Assembly: GCA_964035575.1 (NCBI GenBank)
Contig: OZ037841.1
Span: 868,001-932,000, forward strand
From: Rhynchopus sp. YZ270_cl-10
Lineage: Eukaryota
DNA length: 64,000 nucleotides
Direction of reading: 5' to 3'
Shown here: positions 63,501-64,000 of the stretch, piece after piece
Layout: each line of letters starts with the position of its first letter
Numbering within the stretch: position 1 is the stretch's first letter
Translations under genes and position numbers: made by a program
Notes under the pieces: model-generated
The model's input: only the letters and a program-made list of their open reading frames with translations
Database searches by the model: none
What the model was told of the DNA's origin: nothing

Positions 63501-63501
63501 G
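57505..63501 (+). CDS. Calponin-homology + GAS2/GAR domain protein, probably 2 exons (~846 aa)
   Basis: CH-like DDGAVLCELL..DNVLLF..VFEISDL and GAR motif LMVRVGGGW. Donor after 59172 (TCG|gtatgt) joins in phase 0 to cacag|CAC at 62629 (alternative acceptor 62548); the intron holds the hAT-like element. Confidence 0.75.
59243..62439 (-). mobile_element. Autonomous-looking hAT-like DNA transposon with 6-bp TSD
   Basis: 20-bp perfect TIR catggatgtccaaagtactt; TSD attgga; subterminal arrays of the palindrome atcaagtacttgat. Confidence 0.92.
59581..62152 (-). CDS. hAT-like transposase, 841 aa, with one 46-nt intron
   Basis: Exons 62152-61210 and 61163-59581 splice in frame (GT-AG). BED-like finger CTFC..H..H; D1 FHDGG; D2 RSDRG; CLAH; C-terminal FW..LATLALDIL..SPSCTLTDSVLS..R..L. 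Confidence 0.88.
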
Positions 63502-63868
63502 GGTGAGGAAAGAAAAAATGGGGCTAAGGGGTGGTTGGGGAAAGGAAGGAAGCCCCCCTTTTTTTTGTACTTTTTTTGGGAAAAATTGGGAAGGTTGGGG
63601 GGTGGGGGGAGGGGCTGCAGCTGAAAAAGTGAAGTGGAGATTAAAGAAGTAATCATTTCCCACGCAGTTGACTCTAACGTTCTCAGTGTCTCGCTACGGG
63701 GGGGGGAAAACGTGTTTTATAAAAAAAAAAAACTGCTCTTTTTTTTGGTGAAAAGAGGTTTGTATCAGATGTCTAACTTTTTGTTTTTTTTTATTCTGAC
63801 GTCAACCTCGAAATGGATTGTAGGGTTTTCAGCACATCATTTTCGGGTCCACACCTCCCCCCTTTAGA

Positions 63869-64000
63869 CATACCCCGAAGGCGAATTCAGATTCGCCCTA
63901 TATCCGGATTGAATTTAGATCCGATAGGCGAATACGGGATACACACAATAACCCACAGTATTCTCCCTATATTCAAATCTGAATACACCCAAATAGGATC
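63869..64000. mobile_element. Possible left end of another CA-terminal element (runs off the window)
   Basis: cataccc start followed by short inverted repeats (ggcgaat..attcgcc; tattca..tgaata), as in the other element ends. Confidence 0.3.

Overview
Eukaryotic genomic DNA. All host genes lie on the + strand, have GT-AG introns and long T/pyrimidine-rich spacers, which suggests a euglenozoan (diplonemid-like) polycistronic region; the taxon is an inference. About nine host genes are present, including two tandem ubiquitin-like + LRR + NLS paralogs with variable central repeats and three multi-exon genes that I spliced by hand. The window is dense in DNA transposons: a pogo-like DD33D element and an apparently intact hAT-like element (6-bp TSD, Asp at the usual catalytic Glu), each antisense in a host intron; nested non-autonomous CA..TG elements with palindromic subterminal arrays; and a Crypton-like tyrosine-recombinase element whose ends are visible only after nested insertions are removed. 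One of those insertions is a Harbinger-like element carrying a USP deubiquitinase fragment and a perfect compound satellite. Spacers and introns also contain dozens of short, almost all sense-oriented hairpin motifs sharing a purine-rich ACGAGAG-type loop, covarying stems and a TTCATC/TTTCAA tail. All alignments were made by eye; no database searches were run.
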